Shown here one piece after another: positions 11,601 through 24,680 of a stretch of 39,086 nucleotides of DNA. Position 1 is the stretch's first letter, and every line of letters starts with the position of its first letter. The stretch covers positions 1 to 39,086 of the forward strand of contig JAQGDQ010001472.1 of the NCBI GenBank assembly GCA_030141605.1. Direction: 5' to 3'. The DNA comes from Tubiluchus corallicola. Taxonomy: Eukaryota > Animalia > Priapulida. Below the pieces are notes generated by a model. That model saw only the letters and a list, made by a program, of their open reading frames with translations. It made no database searches and was not told where the DNA came from. The translations under genes were made by a program, and so were the position numbers.

Positions 11601-11952
11601 TAAAATTATCTTGCAGCCATTTTATTAATATCATTTTATTTCGTATATACATAAGATATTCACAAAAAACTCTTAATAAATTTAGACAGCATTTAGAAAT
11701 TACAAAAATTTTTATTGAACAAACGACTATAGGTTACGTGAAAAGGCACACCTGACACACCTGGCAGGTACTAAGATGATTCATTTTTTACTAACATTTG
11801 TTTACTTTGCTTTCAAGCAGGTACAAAGGTCACGCTTAACTGACATTCCTTCAAGGTACATGTTACTCCAAGTTTCGGCTTGATGACTGAACTTGTAAAT
11901 ATTACTTTACAAACCTGCAACAACTTGTAAAAGGGCAGTATATAAGCTCAGG

Positions 11953-12138
11953 CAGGGATGAGAATGACAAATTGCAAAAAACTCTGAAACAGGCCTGCCA
12001 ACTAGCGGTCAGTTTGTGAAATAATGTAATGGGCCCCTAAAAATTTTCTCAACGAATTTACGCAATTTACAAAAATGGCACTACTGGTCTTCCAAAAAAC
12101 TCGGAATTCCGCGTATGCATGGAAAATTCTCATCCCTG
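11953..12138. mobile_element. hAT MITE, 186 bp
   Basis: Perfect 13-bp TIR CAGGGATGAGAAT / ATTCTCATCCCTG; perfect 8-bp TSD AGCTCAGG. Confidence 0.9.
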
Positions 12139-12779
12139 AGCTCAGGCTGGCCACAGAAAGAAAATTTGTTTCTGTCTTACCTCATGAGCTCAAAAGATGT
12201 CAGTAGGGAGGGAGGAAAATTTTTTTTTAAATTTTGTGAATGTTTAAAGCTGAATCGTGGAATGTTGAAAATCAGTTGAAATGAAAGTTTATTTCCCACT
12301 GGTTAGCAGTAATGTTTTAATTTTTTTCAATGAGCATTTTTATGCTTTGTCTTTTAGTTTTGCATTACTAAATTATCGTACATTTATTGATTATTGTATA
12401 GTCATCGTGAACGTGTATGTTCTGATAATTATGGTATAAGCGGCAACACTACTCAGCCATTAATACACCGATTTGGTGGAAAATTCAATACTTTTTAGCC
12501 TCTAATACAATGAGCAGCATACAAAGTCTGGCCGAGAGTTGGCCGTGGGAGAAACATGGCCACGTCCTGCATTCCCCAAAAGAACGACGTTATAATAGTC
12601 ACTGCGTTTTTACGTTTTAAATTAAAAAAATGCGCTTTTACCTGACTACGTCAAGTATGTATATGAATGTGCAAAAAAACATATAAAATCCCCGGCCGGG
12701 TGAGCAATAAAAAATATTACCCAGACGGTTAGATGAAAACAGAAGTATTTTTATTGTCGGCTTTAATACAAAGTAAATT

Positions 12780-13560
12780 AATGAAACCAGAATTTGTCAG
12801 TACAATGCAGGTCAGATTGTAAGGAACAATTAAATGTAATTTTGTGATCAACTTAAACTAACCTTTCTCTCCAGATCTAATTTTTCTGCAGGAGTCTGCA
12901 ACCCTTTCTAAAATGAAGCCATAACAGGTGACCTTGAAGTCCGGATGGCTTGGAACAAATGCATACTCTCAAAACTCTATGCATCACCGAATTATGAATT
13001 TATTCCACAGCAACTCAAACATACATACAAATTGATATTACATTGAAAAAAAAACTATGCGAGTTACTGTAAGGAGGGGGAAGGAGCATAAGTTTTGTTA
13101 GTAACTTAAGATCAGGATGAGTAAAATTGAGAGTTAATTATACCGTTGTAGTAGGTAATTCTTTGATGCTTTTTTAAATTGATAAAGATTAAGAGTTTTC
13201 ATTTCACGTAGAATTGATGACTATAGTTTAATAGCATTATATTTAGATGACTGTTTCATTATATTTGTTTTTGGAAGAAGGAATACATAGTTTTCAACTG
13301 AATATCTTGTGTAATGATCATGTTGATTTGAAACTGGACACATCTTACACCGTATTAAAAATTCTAGTGAAAACTAATAATTCTGATGCAACTGATGCAT
13401 TAATTTGCAAGAACTAACTAAACTGCATGTACTGGCTACAACATATCTTTTTCTGCACGGCAAAGTTTTCATTCAGTTTTAAATAACATGTATCAGTAAA
13501 AATGTCAACTATATATGCCAAAAACTCAATGTAGAATTTAAATTAATGATTTCTAAGCCG
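12780..13560 (-). mobile_element. Decayed L2/Crack-like LINE 3' fragment
   Basis: Minus strand reads PKTNIMKQSSKYNAIKL*SSILREMKTLNLYQFKKASKNYLL, typical of the C-terminus of these ORF2 proteins; boundaries approximate. Confidence 0.5.
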
Positions 13561-14429
13561 AAACAAGTAAGATGAATTACTGGAGGAGGATTCGAACGCT
13601 TAATGCTCCTTCCTCCTCCTCACAGTGACTCATTTATTTTATTTTATAATGTAATAACAAAATTTGTTTCTATGTTTATGTTGCCGCGGAATGAATCCAA
13701 TAAATTCAAATCACACATTTTTAAAAGAGAATGCAACTTAACTGAAAATCAAATATGTAAAGTATCTTTGACCGCTGACACTGTCAGGGGCGTATTAACC
13801 GATAGGATAACTAGGCTATAGCCTAGGGCGCCAAAGTTCCAGGGCGTCACGTTTTAGGAAAAAAATTTATTCTCATCGGAAAATGTGTATACTTCTATAT
13901 TAATATAAACTGTAAACTGTATGTCTTTAGGGGTGCAGCTGTGACGCAGACCTAACATTATGCTCACATCAGTTGTCTGATACCATGCTCACATTAACAC
14001 AAATTTTCACATTCAGATATGTCAAAATTACCCACACATATTGCAGTCTGGCTTACAATCATTAAATTAAAATACTTTCAGGCACTTAATCGTCTAAAAC
14101 CAAACCATTTTTCTTTACTAGCTCTACCCTAGTAATTACCAATTTTGCGCCAATGTTCAAGAACATGCGTTTTATCCTGGGGTAAATGGAAGTACGTCTT
14201 GTATGACGGGTGTAACTAACTAATGTAATTAAACTAACAGAATCTTATTTACAATAAACTTTCGAAAGAAAGCAAATTACCAACCTACAGTATTAGTTAC
14301 TTTCAACGTATAACTTGCGGTAAGTTTCCACCATATACAAGAAATTCGCAATCACGCTGCAGACAAAAAATAAACTCGTAAAATTCAAAATATCGGAGAT
14401 ACACACATTACACGTTCAACACATTACTC

Positions 14430-14830
14430 CATATAAATCTGTATTTGTCTAACAGGAATCTCGCGGCGCACCGTTTATGTACCTTTCAACGACCAGTTTG
14501 CGCTCCAGCAAAAGTTTGCGCATGTCAAATGGAAAGAGAGAAAAATCGGCTAGCATATAGTCTTGTGATAAAGCGCATTGCGCGAATAAGGATTGGTGCC
14601 TAATTACCGCTCTTAGAATCGTTTACTATTGTATTGAATGTAGAATTCTTACCTATACTGTGAATGACATCACGGTTTAATCATTATACAAAAAAATTGT
14701 TCTGCCTCAGCTCTCATGACAACGAATAACTCTGAGCTGTGTAGTCGGTTCCGCCATCTGTTGGCGCCGAAGAAAAAGTTTTCACTTTGGCAGGTGCAAA
14801 AAGAGAACGCGTGAAATAGCTGGATTACAA
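14430..14830 (-). promoter_or_regulatory. Candidate promoter region of TBC1D24
   Basis: Locally GC/CpG-richer, non-repetitive stretch upstream of the gene with an NRF1-like TGCGCATG (14518), a CCAAT box (GATTGG, 14591) and a CTCF-like CCGCCATCTGTTGG (14751). Confidence 0.4.
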
Positions 14831-14972
14831 CGAGCGAGGTTAACTATAATAAATTAATAATTGATTGAATGAAGCATTTAAAAAATCTGTCGAAAGCTTC
14901 TTGAATCACACTGGGCATAGAGTTATCTTTCTGAGTGCACTTCAAAAAAGCAAAGAATCGTAAGCAAAATAT

Positions 14973-15119
<147 letters not shown>

Positions 15120-15582
15120 TTCTTTGTTACTATTAAAATTACACATCATTGAACTGTAAACTGTAACTAGTGTTTCCACTGCTGTGAGCTATAGTGCTAT
15201 AGAATGAAATTCAGTTCATTTTTGAATTTTTTTATAATTACTGGAGGCATGAAGTAGAGTTTAGAGTGAAGGAATAAAAAGTTGATTTCAAATTTTTGAA
15301 ATCATTCAAAATTAGTTCAAAAGCTGCAACATAAGATAATAATGTACGATAATTACCATGATAATATTTGACATAATTCTGTTACTTGGTTCTTTTTATT
15401 TTTATTACTTGCATTTATTATTGCAATTACGTTTTCGTTGCTTTTTTATGTTGATGTTATTTTGATTTGTTATTATTTTGTTTTGCTTGAAACTTGTTAT
15501 AGTTGAGTTTTGTCAAGTGGGCAACTGTTTTGATTTTTTCTGTTTTAAATCTTTCTTTATAAATAACCAGAGTAGCCTTAGC

Positions 15583-16629
15583 TGTCGCAGATGCTAGCAT
15601 TTAATTTACAGTTTATTGTTAATTTTGATATGTAGTTTTAAACTTTAGCTTTTCACTAGCACTAAGTCAGTGCTGACATCTGTTTGTACACTTAGAAGTT
15701 TCCAATATATGTATTTCCATTTCACTCATTAGACTTTGTTGCCCCAAATGAACAACACAAAGATTACCCAGATTATAAACCAAAGACCTCCAATACAGAA
15801 AATTTGATAAAAAGTTGGAAAAAAGGAATTTCCGTATTAGACTAATATCTATTAAGTTTGCGGGAATGCAATCAGTCACAATATCGACAATCTCGATCAG
15901 TATTCCCCCAAGCCCCAAAAGTTGGTCATATTGTGCTAATACAAGATTACTTGCCCAGAGGACAACGGAAATTGGGGCACATTCACAAGGTCGCACACCA
16001 AAGGGCTATCTCATTGAACGTTCACACAAATGCTTATATCCCTTGAAATGTGTAGATAATATACACGATAGTCATGACACATTTCAGAAAAGAGACACTT
16101 TGGCACCATCATGTATTTCTAATATCTCAGAACGAAAAAAAAGAAGCTGCCAAAAAAGCCACACTAAAAATAAAAAATCTAAACCAGCAAGATGCTGTAT
16201 AAGTTACTTTGTCTTTGTGGTGGGAATGTCGCAGATACGAGCATTTAATTTTCAGTTTATTATGAATTTTGATTTGTAGTTTTAAACTTTAGTCTTTCAC
16301 TACCACTAAGTCAGTGCTGACATCTGTTTGTATACTTGGAAGTTTCCAATATATGTGTGCACTTGCTACTGCTATATGTTCGTATGGAACTGGGTTACTG
16401 GGCTTCTCTGTGTATGTAGTAGTTTCACACTTGGTAGCAAGGTTAGAAGAACAAGCAATAGGCTTAAACAGTTGTGTGGTTATAATAATGTTTCGACTCA
16501 GGTGCCATGATATATTGGCTGATAGATTTACCTTAACTTTTGTTCACTACTGTTGATTATGTTTACAATTTTCGTGTATATGTGGATTGACTATGAGACT
16601 ATGATTTTGAGTAAAATACATATCGCAAA
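15583..16629 (+). mobile_element. Internally deleted BEL/Pao LTR retrotransposon
   Basis: Direct repeats starting TGTCGCAGAT at 15583 (truncated at ~15711) and 16227; PPT-like GTGGTGGGAA before the second. The internal frameshifted peptide PKVGHIVLIQDYLPRGQRKLGHI...RTPKGYLIERSHKCLYPL resembles the BEL/Pao integrase C-terminal DUF5641 domain. Confidence 0.8.
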
Positions 16630-16888
16630 GTTAAACCATGTTTTCATTCAGTGATTTCACCTGTTTAACACAAACATCGCAACTACAAAAACAGTCTAAT
16701 AAACCTGACAATGTCGGTTGTTGGCTCTCCCCAAAACACCCCAGCGACAACTTTAGCGTCACGACATTAGCCACTTTAACATGAGATGACAGCAGCGATA
16801 ACCGTATGGTCTCTCTGTCATTCCGTCTCACAAGTTATATTTAAAAGTTGTTGTTACTTGTATTTGTGACCTCTAAAGAGACAATAAA

Positions 16889-17006
16889 CTATTCTATTTT
16901 ATTCTATTCTATTCTATTCTATTCTATTCTATTCTATTCTATTCTATTCTATTCTATTCTATTCTATTCTATTCTATTCTATTCTATTCTATTCTATTCT
17001 ATTCTA
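16889..17006. repeat. (ATTCT)n microsatellite
   Basis: Direct reading. Confidence 0.97.
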
Positions 17007-17079
17007 AGATAATTTATTCGTATTTATCTGTGTGCCTGTCAGCACGGCAAAATCAAATCGCGCAGATGGTGTTGTGATT

Positions 17080-17407
17080 TGTTGAAAACATTTTAAACAA
17101 TTAATAATTTTCTTTTCTATTTACACAAGTCTTTCAAGCAGGTAAGCGAAATGCTAAGTAATATAACTTTGCATGAGAAATTGTTTTGGGACATAATTTA
17201 ACCATTTTCTTTTTTCTCCTGATTTACGTGGCGTAGTGACGTCATGTAATGGCGCCGTCGGAACCGTATTGCCGAAGATTTAAAATGAAAAACAAACAAA
17301 AATTCCTTTCAACGCGAGTAAGATATACGCATAAAATTGCTGTAAAGTAATATATTTTTTAAAGCAATTTTCCTGAACCCTACTTCAGGTACCCCTTTTC
17401 TTGTCCT
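17080..17407 (-). mobile_element. Kolobok-like non-autonomous DNA transposon fragment
   Basis: Homologous to 24201-24530 (reverse complement) and 35200-35500; family terminus TTAA|AGG; shared GTGACGTCAT and TTCCTTTCAACGCG motifs. Confidence 0.6.
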
Positions 17408-18797
17408 TCAATGGTTCAAAAGGTCTAGGGTTATAGTCACAAGGTTATCAAGATAAATTTTTGTCCACAGTGACTACATATTAGGGCGTGGGTGTGCACC
17501 TCTACTGAGTTGCTTCTAGTTAGAATGTGTTTTAAGCAATGTCTGTTCATAGGAATCACGGTCTGAAAATATGTCATGAAGCTGTCATAATTATAGCACA
17601 AAAAATTAAAATAATTGTTGTTGATTTAACGTATCACAGTCGTCAGTGGTAGTTAATTTGTGCGTCTGATAACTAATTTTATACATAGGAAACCTATTAC
17701 AGTATTTATTTGTTCATGCTTTATTATTATCGAATTTCTATCGTACACAAAATACAGTTCCTAATTAAAGATTAAAAAAGATAAAATGCAACGGTAAAAC
17801 GTGTATGGATTATACACATATCTACAAGAGAAAATTAATTTGTAGGTAAATAATTTAAAACATTATTATTAAAAATGGAGGTTTTTAGACAAAATGCAAA
17901 ATTAATTGCACTGCCATAAAACTCCTGTTCATACAAATTTTCAATCACATGGCCGCATGCGCACAACAGCCAAACACCATGTTGCTTGAGCTGTGAAGCA
18001 AACTGTACTACCCTCGCGTGCTCTGGTTCCGCACGCAAGTATAAAGAAAGAACTAAAGAAAAACGACTTATTATATAGAATATTATCGATAATAATGAGT
18101 GAAAACAGGGGACGCTCCAGTTCCACAGTACCTTAGGTTATAATGTTATAATCTTCAATTGCTTAACTTCAAATATAATAACAACTATTACATTAAGTTC
18201 ACTAACAAAAATGAAGTAAGAAAAACATAGTATTATGAGTAAAAATGAGTGCTGCAGTTCCACAGTACCAATACTGGAAGTGACAACACAATGTGTCTTG
18301 GCAAGCCAAAACAAAACCAAAGCCAAACAAATGCAATAATTGCAGGTAGCTTGCTTGCTGGTACTCACAATTGCCTAGTTTGTTTATTCTCATTTGTTAC
18401 AGTATTGCCTAGTTTGTTTATTCTCATTTGTTACAGTGTCAACAAAATACCGAGAGTAAGTGAGTAATTGTTCAACATTAAGGGCACCGACTAGCTAGAA
18501 CATTAGACTAACACATCTATCAAAATACTGGCCTCACAGTTATATACAGCCACAGAAACAACATGTATAAAATGTATTATCATTATTGTAATTAATTATC
18601 GAAATCTTTAAATCTATGTGTGCAAAATTGGAAATTAATAGTAATGTCATTTTGGTAACATCTACAGAATGTTGCAAAAAGTTCAATCATGTCAAGTGAT
18701 GTTAGAGAAACTTAACATGAATTCTATTTATTGCCAAAAATAAAATGAACGGTTTTAATTCACTTTAATCTTAATAAACCTTAATAAATCTTAATAA

Positions 18798-19410
18798 ACC
18801 TTTTCACCGATTTGTTGCTCACGGGCGGTATTCCTCCAGGTCAAAGGTTAAGTGTAACAAAGCGTCTTAGCAACAACCGTCACGTGACGTGTGGGTAACG
18901 CAAAACCGTCTGGTAAAGGTATAAATCAATTTAAATGAAATTATTCATTCATCGCAGTCTATTTCAAAATTGTAATTGCATATTATGTTTTCCTTTCTTA
19001 ATGTTTCTTTGCTATTATTACATCATTTACTTTATTACATCAATTTCATTAAGTCATCTACAAAAGCAAGCATAACTTTTTCATTTAAGTAAAGTGAGTG
19101 TGTTAATGACCGCATCGTACACTCACCTCACACTACTCAAACTATTTTATTTATTGTTTATTTATGTGTACAATATTGTATATTGATGTGCGAAATAAAA
19201 TTCATAGTTCATAGTTCATAGTCTGCCGCATCAGTTCAGTAACGTCAGTTGTTTTACGGGGACTTTACTTCATTGTGCATTAGTCTGTGTATAGAGTGAT
19301 TTACTAGCAGGACTTTGTTTCGAAACAGGAAAAAATCAATCAGATAAGGTTCTACATAGCTGTTAAAACTGTTACTATTACAGAAACGTGGGCTGCAAGG
19401 CATTGTCAAG
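18798..19410 (-). mobile_element. PIF/Harbinger-like MITE, copy 2, split by a LINE 3' insertion
   Basis: 18798-18912 and 19221-19410 are contiguous reverse-complement pieces of the 9288 family. Confidence 0.7.
18913..19220 (+). mobile_element. 5'-truncated LINE/SINE 3' end with (TTCATAG)n tail
   Basis: Stem-loop GTGAGTGT...ACACTCAC, AATAAA, short tandem tail and TSD GTCTG (18908-18912 / 19221-19225); second copy at ~36730. Confidence 0.75.
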
Positions 19411-19526
19411 TTTTGTCACATTGATGCATTGAATAAAATTTATACCGTATGTAAAATTAAATAATGTTCCCAAGTTCCCACTATCCCTTTAGGTTCACAT
19501 TCATTCACATTGATACCATTGAATAA

Positions 19527-19860
19527 GGTTTTTCACAGTTTCAGTGATTGACGATGATCGCGAAAAAGTCAAAGGTGAAATGAACCAGACAAAGCATTTG
19601 TGTACCCTTGACAACGCCTCGCAGCCCATGCACAGCTAGCTAGAACCTTACCTAGTTCATTTTTTCTTGTTCCCAAAGAAGATCCTGTTAGTAAATCACT
19701 CTACGCACAGACTAATGCATAATTAAGCATAATTAATCAAGTCCACGTAAAACAACTGAAGTTACTGAACTGATGCGGCAGACGATTACACAAATGCGTT
19801 GTCTGGTACATTTAACCTTTGACTTTTCACAATCACCATTAATTGAACTGTGCAAAAGGC
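19527..19860 (+). mobile_element. PIF/Harbinger-like MITE, copy 3, abutting the scramblase stop codon
   Basis: TAA TSD on both sides; core similar to 9288-9545; extended ~75-bp imperfect TIRs. Confidence 0.8.
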
Positions 19861-19864
19861 TAAT

Positions 19865-20593
19865 TTAATTATTTTTATTCTGTTGTTCATAATACATGAA
19901 ATCGATTAGAAAGGTTAATCCTAAAAGTGTTGCCTTCATATTCACGTCCAAATCCATGGGAAATGTAATTCCAAAGTTGTCTGCATCCAGGAAGGCTTCC
20001 TTCAGGAACCCTGACCACTGCTTGCTGATTTTACCAACTTGTTGATTACCGTCAGCTGATAAAATGTTAAAATTGACATCTCTGCAGCAGCTGCATGTCC
20101 AGAAAGGACCTTTCACTCTGAGTACCAAGTCTCCTGCTGCATTGTAGACACGAAACTTGGGAAAGAGAATCGAGCATTCCTGTTCTATAGTACCAATCAC
20201 CGTCCCCGGTGGTGCAGTAACTTCCATCTTTTGCAGACAGCAGAAGCAGCAGCAAGATTGACAGCGGAGTGGTCGATAAAGATGAATGACTTCCATGCCT
20301 GTGTTGTCCAAGATGTTCATGTCAAAAGCCCGCAAAGGTCCACAGCAGATGCGGTTACAACAAGATGTGTCCTCAGCGGCGAACAACATCTGCTGACCCA
20401 TGTTGTTTTTTATGACGTATTTGTTCCTTGTTTCGAAACCCGTGAACGCCTCCAGCATTTCAATCTGTTGATGTATCAGCACTTGATCCAGCTGAGCCAG
20501 GTAAGCTAACCCTGGTGGGTATTGAGTAGCATCAGCAAAACCTGTCATTCCGGCCCACTGTGATTGTGGCTGTTCATCCACAAGCTTATCCAT
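19865..20593 (-). CDS. PLSCR: Phospholipid scramblase (PLSCR family), 242 aa, single coding exon
   Basis: Motifs [29 protein letters not shown], Cys-rich palmitoylation motif [57 protein letters not shown]. In-frame stop upstream of the ATG; splice acceptor TTCATTAG| at 20641. Confidence 0.95.
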   Translation of the reverse strand: [242 protein letters not shown]

Positions 20594-20760
20594 TGTGTTG
20601 TGCTTCTCAAGAGTAGATTAATTGTTGTAAGATTTGACTCCTAATGAACAAAAACAGGCACAAAATCTTTGTTAATGTTTTATTTATGAATTTAATCGAA
20701 AGCACAATTACATTTCTGTTGTCCTGTTTCATTTAAACACGTGTTTACTTATTGAACCAC

Positions 20761-21449
20761 CATTACATTACAATACATTACATTACATTACATTACATTA
20801 CAAGACATTTCATTACAATACAATACAGTACAATACGATACGATACGATACGATACGATACGATACGATTCGATCCGATCCGATCCGATCCGATCCGATC
20901 CGATCCGATCCGATCCGATCCGATCCGATACGATACGATACGATACGATACGATACGATACGATACAATACAATACAATACAATACAATACAATACAATA
21001 CAATACAATACAATACAATACAATACAATACATACAGTACAGTACAGTACAGTACAGTACAGTACAGTACAGTACAGTACAGTACAGTACAGTACAGTAC
21101 AGTACAGTACAGTACAGTACAGTACAGTACAGTACAGTACAGTACAGTACAGTACAGTACAGTACAGTACAGTACAGTACAATACAATACAATACAATAC
21201 AATACAAAACAATACAATACAATACAATACAATACAATACAATACAATACAATACAATACAATACAATACAATACAATACAATACAATACAATACAATAC
21301 AATACAATACAATACAACACAACACAACACAACACAACACAACACACTACACTACACTACACTACACTACACTACACTACACTACACTACACTACACTAC
21401 ACTACACTACACTACACTACAACACAACACAACACATTACATTACATTA
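20761..21449. repeat. Compound pentanucleotide microsatellite
   Basis: Blocks of CATTA, CAATA, CGATA, CGATC, CAGTA, CAACA and CACTA. Confidence 0.98.
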
Positions 21450-22097
21450 CAAACAGGACAGATTTAATCAACAGAGAAAGAGGTATTTACTAGACACAAA
21501 ATCCCCTTGCAAAGCAATATCGTGGCTCGAGCATACAGCACAAATAACAGTTAATTCACACAAGTATTAATAATAGTTATCCCAACAATGTTACGTAAAA
21601 GTAGTAATAATAACTTTTTACACATTTGTATCTTTTTATTTAGACAATAACTGCTTCCTAGTCTATACTAGAGTCGATACTCGTGTATTTACAAGTATCT
21701 GCGATTGAAATGAAATTCAGTTCATGTTTTATAGGTTTATCTAGGTTTATTTACACACGATTTATGTTAAATTGGTTTTTTTTCAATAACATGATGGAAA
21801 GATACAACACAACGGTGAGAGAATAAGATGGAACGAAACATGACAACATGAGAGAAGAAACACGTTAATTAATGTGTTGTGAGCGGTTGCGAAAAATAAG
21901 ATAGAAAGAAAGTAAATAAAGAAAAGAAAGATGTGAATTGAATCAATTGAATTGGAGGCAGTTTATACAGGCAGGTCAAACATTTACTATTAAAATAACA
22001 CAACTTTTAATTTACAAACTGTTTAAAAAACTTGTCCAAAAGTTTCCACAGCAATCAGTTGTCATCATCATTGGTACACTACACAAACAACAACCAG

Positions 22098-22305
22098 TCT
22101 AGAACTGGCAAGAAATTGAAAAAATCTCCTCAATCTAGTGCTAATTATTTGTGCCTCTGGCCACAAAGCTGATTTTAGTCAGTTTAACATTGTGACCAGA
22201 GGTACAAATAACTGTGACTCATTAATGAAAGAAAGTTTATCTATTCCTTCTAATAAGCCTAGTTTCAACGTGCAAAGCAGTTCAATTCTTTTATCTTTAT
22301 TTCCA
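22098..22305 (+). mobile_element. Penelope-like element fragment (GIY-YIG domain C-terminus), frameshifted
   Basis: SRTGKKLKKSPQSSA /frameshift/ CASGHKADFSQFNIVTRGTNNCDSLMKESLSIPSNKPSFNVQSSSILLSLF fits the PLE pattern RTGK..SA..H..F.I...L.KESL.I...KP.LN.Q..S..L.LF. Confidence 0.7.
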
Positions 22306-22495
22306 AACACTTAGCTATCTGTTACTGTATCTACTCCTTTTCTACGGGTCTGTTTATTCATTACTTTGGCTTCTTTGTAATTTTGTAAATACATAATTAG
22401 TGCAAAATTCTTTTTACTTGTTTGTTTATTTAACGACAGCCTCTATAAATACAAATAAAAGTAATGTCATAATGGAAAATAAGTATAATAACACA

Positions 22496-22965
22496 CAGAG
22501 GCGGAACTAGGGGGGAGCGAGGGGGGTGGGGGCTGTCAAAATTTGCACTCCCCCTGCAAAATCGGACAAATAATTTTTTTGCAGTGAAAATTGCAGTTCA
22601 CATGTTCGCACACAATAAACTTGTTGTCGTAACAAAGTTGGTGTGACTTTTTGAATGACGTATCGTTTCACATTTCATTTTGACATTTCCTGCGTATTAT
22701 TTTCTTAAAACTTGTGTGTGATAAATTTCTGTAAATAACAATTTAGTTAGAGGCACATTAATAACGTTAGGTTAAATGAGAGTTAATTTTCTCATTATTG
22801 CTCTATCAGCTACGCCATCCTACACATGCTAATTATAGGCCTGCATGCAGTATAAAAGGGGTTAAAATTGGCTTAACCATTATTTAACCACTTCGGATAC
22901 CTCGCCCTCTCAGAAAATTTTTGCGCCCCCCCCCCCCCTGCTTGCCACATCTAGTTCCGCCCCTG
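22496..22965. mobile_element. hAT-type MITE, 470 bp
   Basis: TIR CAGAGGCGGAACTAG / CTAGTTCCGCCCCTG; perfect 8-bp TSD ATAACACA. Confidence 0.9.
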
Positions 22966-23625
22966 ATAACACAAGAAGTGCAAAAGTGAAGATTAGTTTT
23001 AAAAACGGTTTTATTTGTCTAAAAAAACGGTATTTCTTTCAAAGTGAACGTTTAAAACCAGTTATCTGAAAAACCAGATTCCATGCCAGTCTTTGTGACT
23101 AACCCATCTTGCGACAAGAACGTTCTACATGTACGTATATATTAATAAATCTAGCATTTTTTAAATATTTTATTTTGCGAAAATAATTATTTTAAACTAG
23201 CAGTCTGATTAAATTTACCTTATATCTTCTGGAACGCCTGGATATTTTTTCTCAATGCCAAGTCAGTGTTGCCTACAAGACGATCTGCAGTTAAAGAATT
23301 CTTGTAGAGAAAACGGTAGATCAAAGTTCATTTTTATGTACAGCTCTTCGTGTACTAAGCGGTATTACGGTGAAACTTTGTCTTTTGCTCTCCTTGTTTG
23401 CACTGACATTATGCAACACAGTTTGCAGAGTATACTACTGTATCATAAAACTTGGCCTTTACTGTTAAGTAAATAAGAGCTCTCAATTTCAATATTGATA
23501 AGAGCCCATTGAGAGAGATACCGGAAACAGGCGTAATCATATATATACATTGGGTATTTTATAGAATACCTACTCATTTTATAGAGTGACAAATATACCA
23601 ACTAAAGTTTTTAATATATTTCCCT

Positions 23626-24141
<516 letters not shown>

Positions 24142-24200
24142 ACACACATTATTTACAATGCAAAAGTATCTTTAGGCAGTGTGTCATTCTTAGATTTTAA

Positions 24201-24530
24201 AGGGCAAGAAAAGGGGTACGTGAAGTAGGTTTCAGATAAATCGCCATAACAATTATATTACTTTTGGCAGTTTTATGCGTATATCGTATTCGCGTTGAAA
24301 GGAATTTTTGTTAGTTTTCATTTGAAATTTCCCTCAATATCGTTCTGAAGTCGCCATTATATGACGTCACCCACGCATGCGTAAATTAGGGGAAGAAAAT
24401 GCAATGTTAAAATATGTCCCAAGCAACCTTCACTACAAATCTATGTTGCTTGGCATTTTGCTTACCTGGTGAAAGACTTACGTAACTGGAAATAATAATT
24501 TAAAATGCTCATGCCAATTGGGAAAAATGG
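24201..24530 (+). mobile_element. Kolobok-like fragment
   Basis: Begins TTAA|AGGGCAAGAAAAGGGGTAC; homologous to the 17080 and 35500 copies. Confidence 0.6.
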
Positions 24531-24537
24531 GTAAAAT

Positions 24538-24680
24538 CGCTAAGGAAGTTATGCTTCAAAACAGTTTGCTTGTTTGATTGTTTGTTTGCCTGTTTGTTTG
24601 ATTGTTTCTTGTCTGTTATGGTAGTGAGCTCAGTACGAAAAAACTATTTAACAGATTTTCAAGAAACTTGAAGATACGTA
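24538..24680 (+). mobile_element. Helentron/DINE-like non-autonomous remnant
   Basis: CGCTAAGGAAGTTATG head, degenerate (GTTT)n tract, then AAACTATTTAACAGATTTTCAAGAAACTTG. Confidence 0.4.

Noticed and set aside
20752-21570. 272-aa pentapeptide-repeat ORF and its antisense ORFs
   Set aside because: Translation of a pentanucleotide microsatellite.
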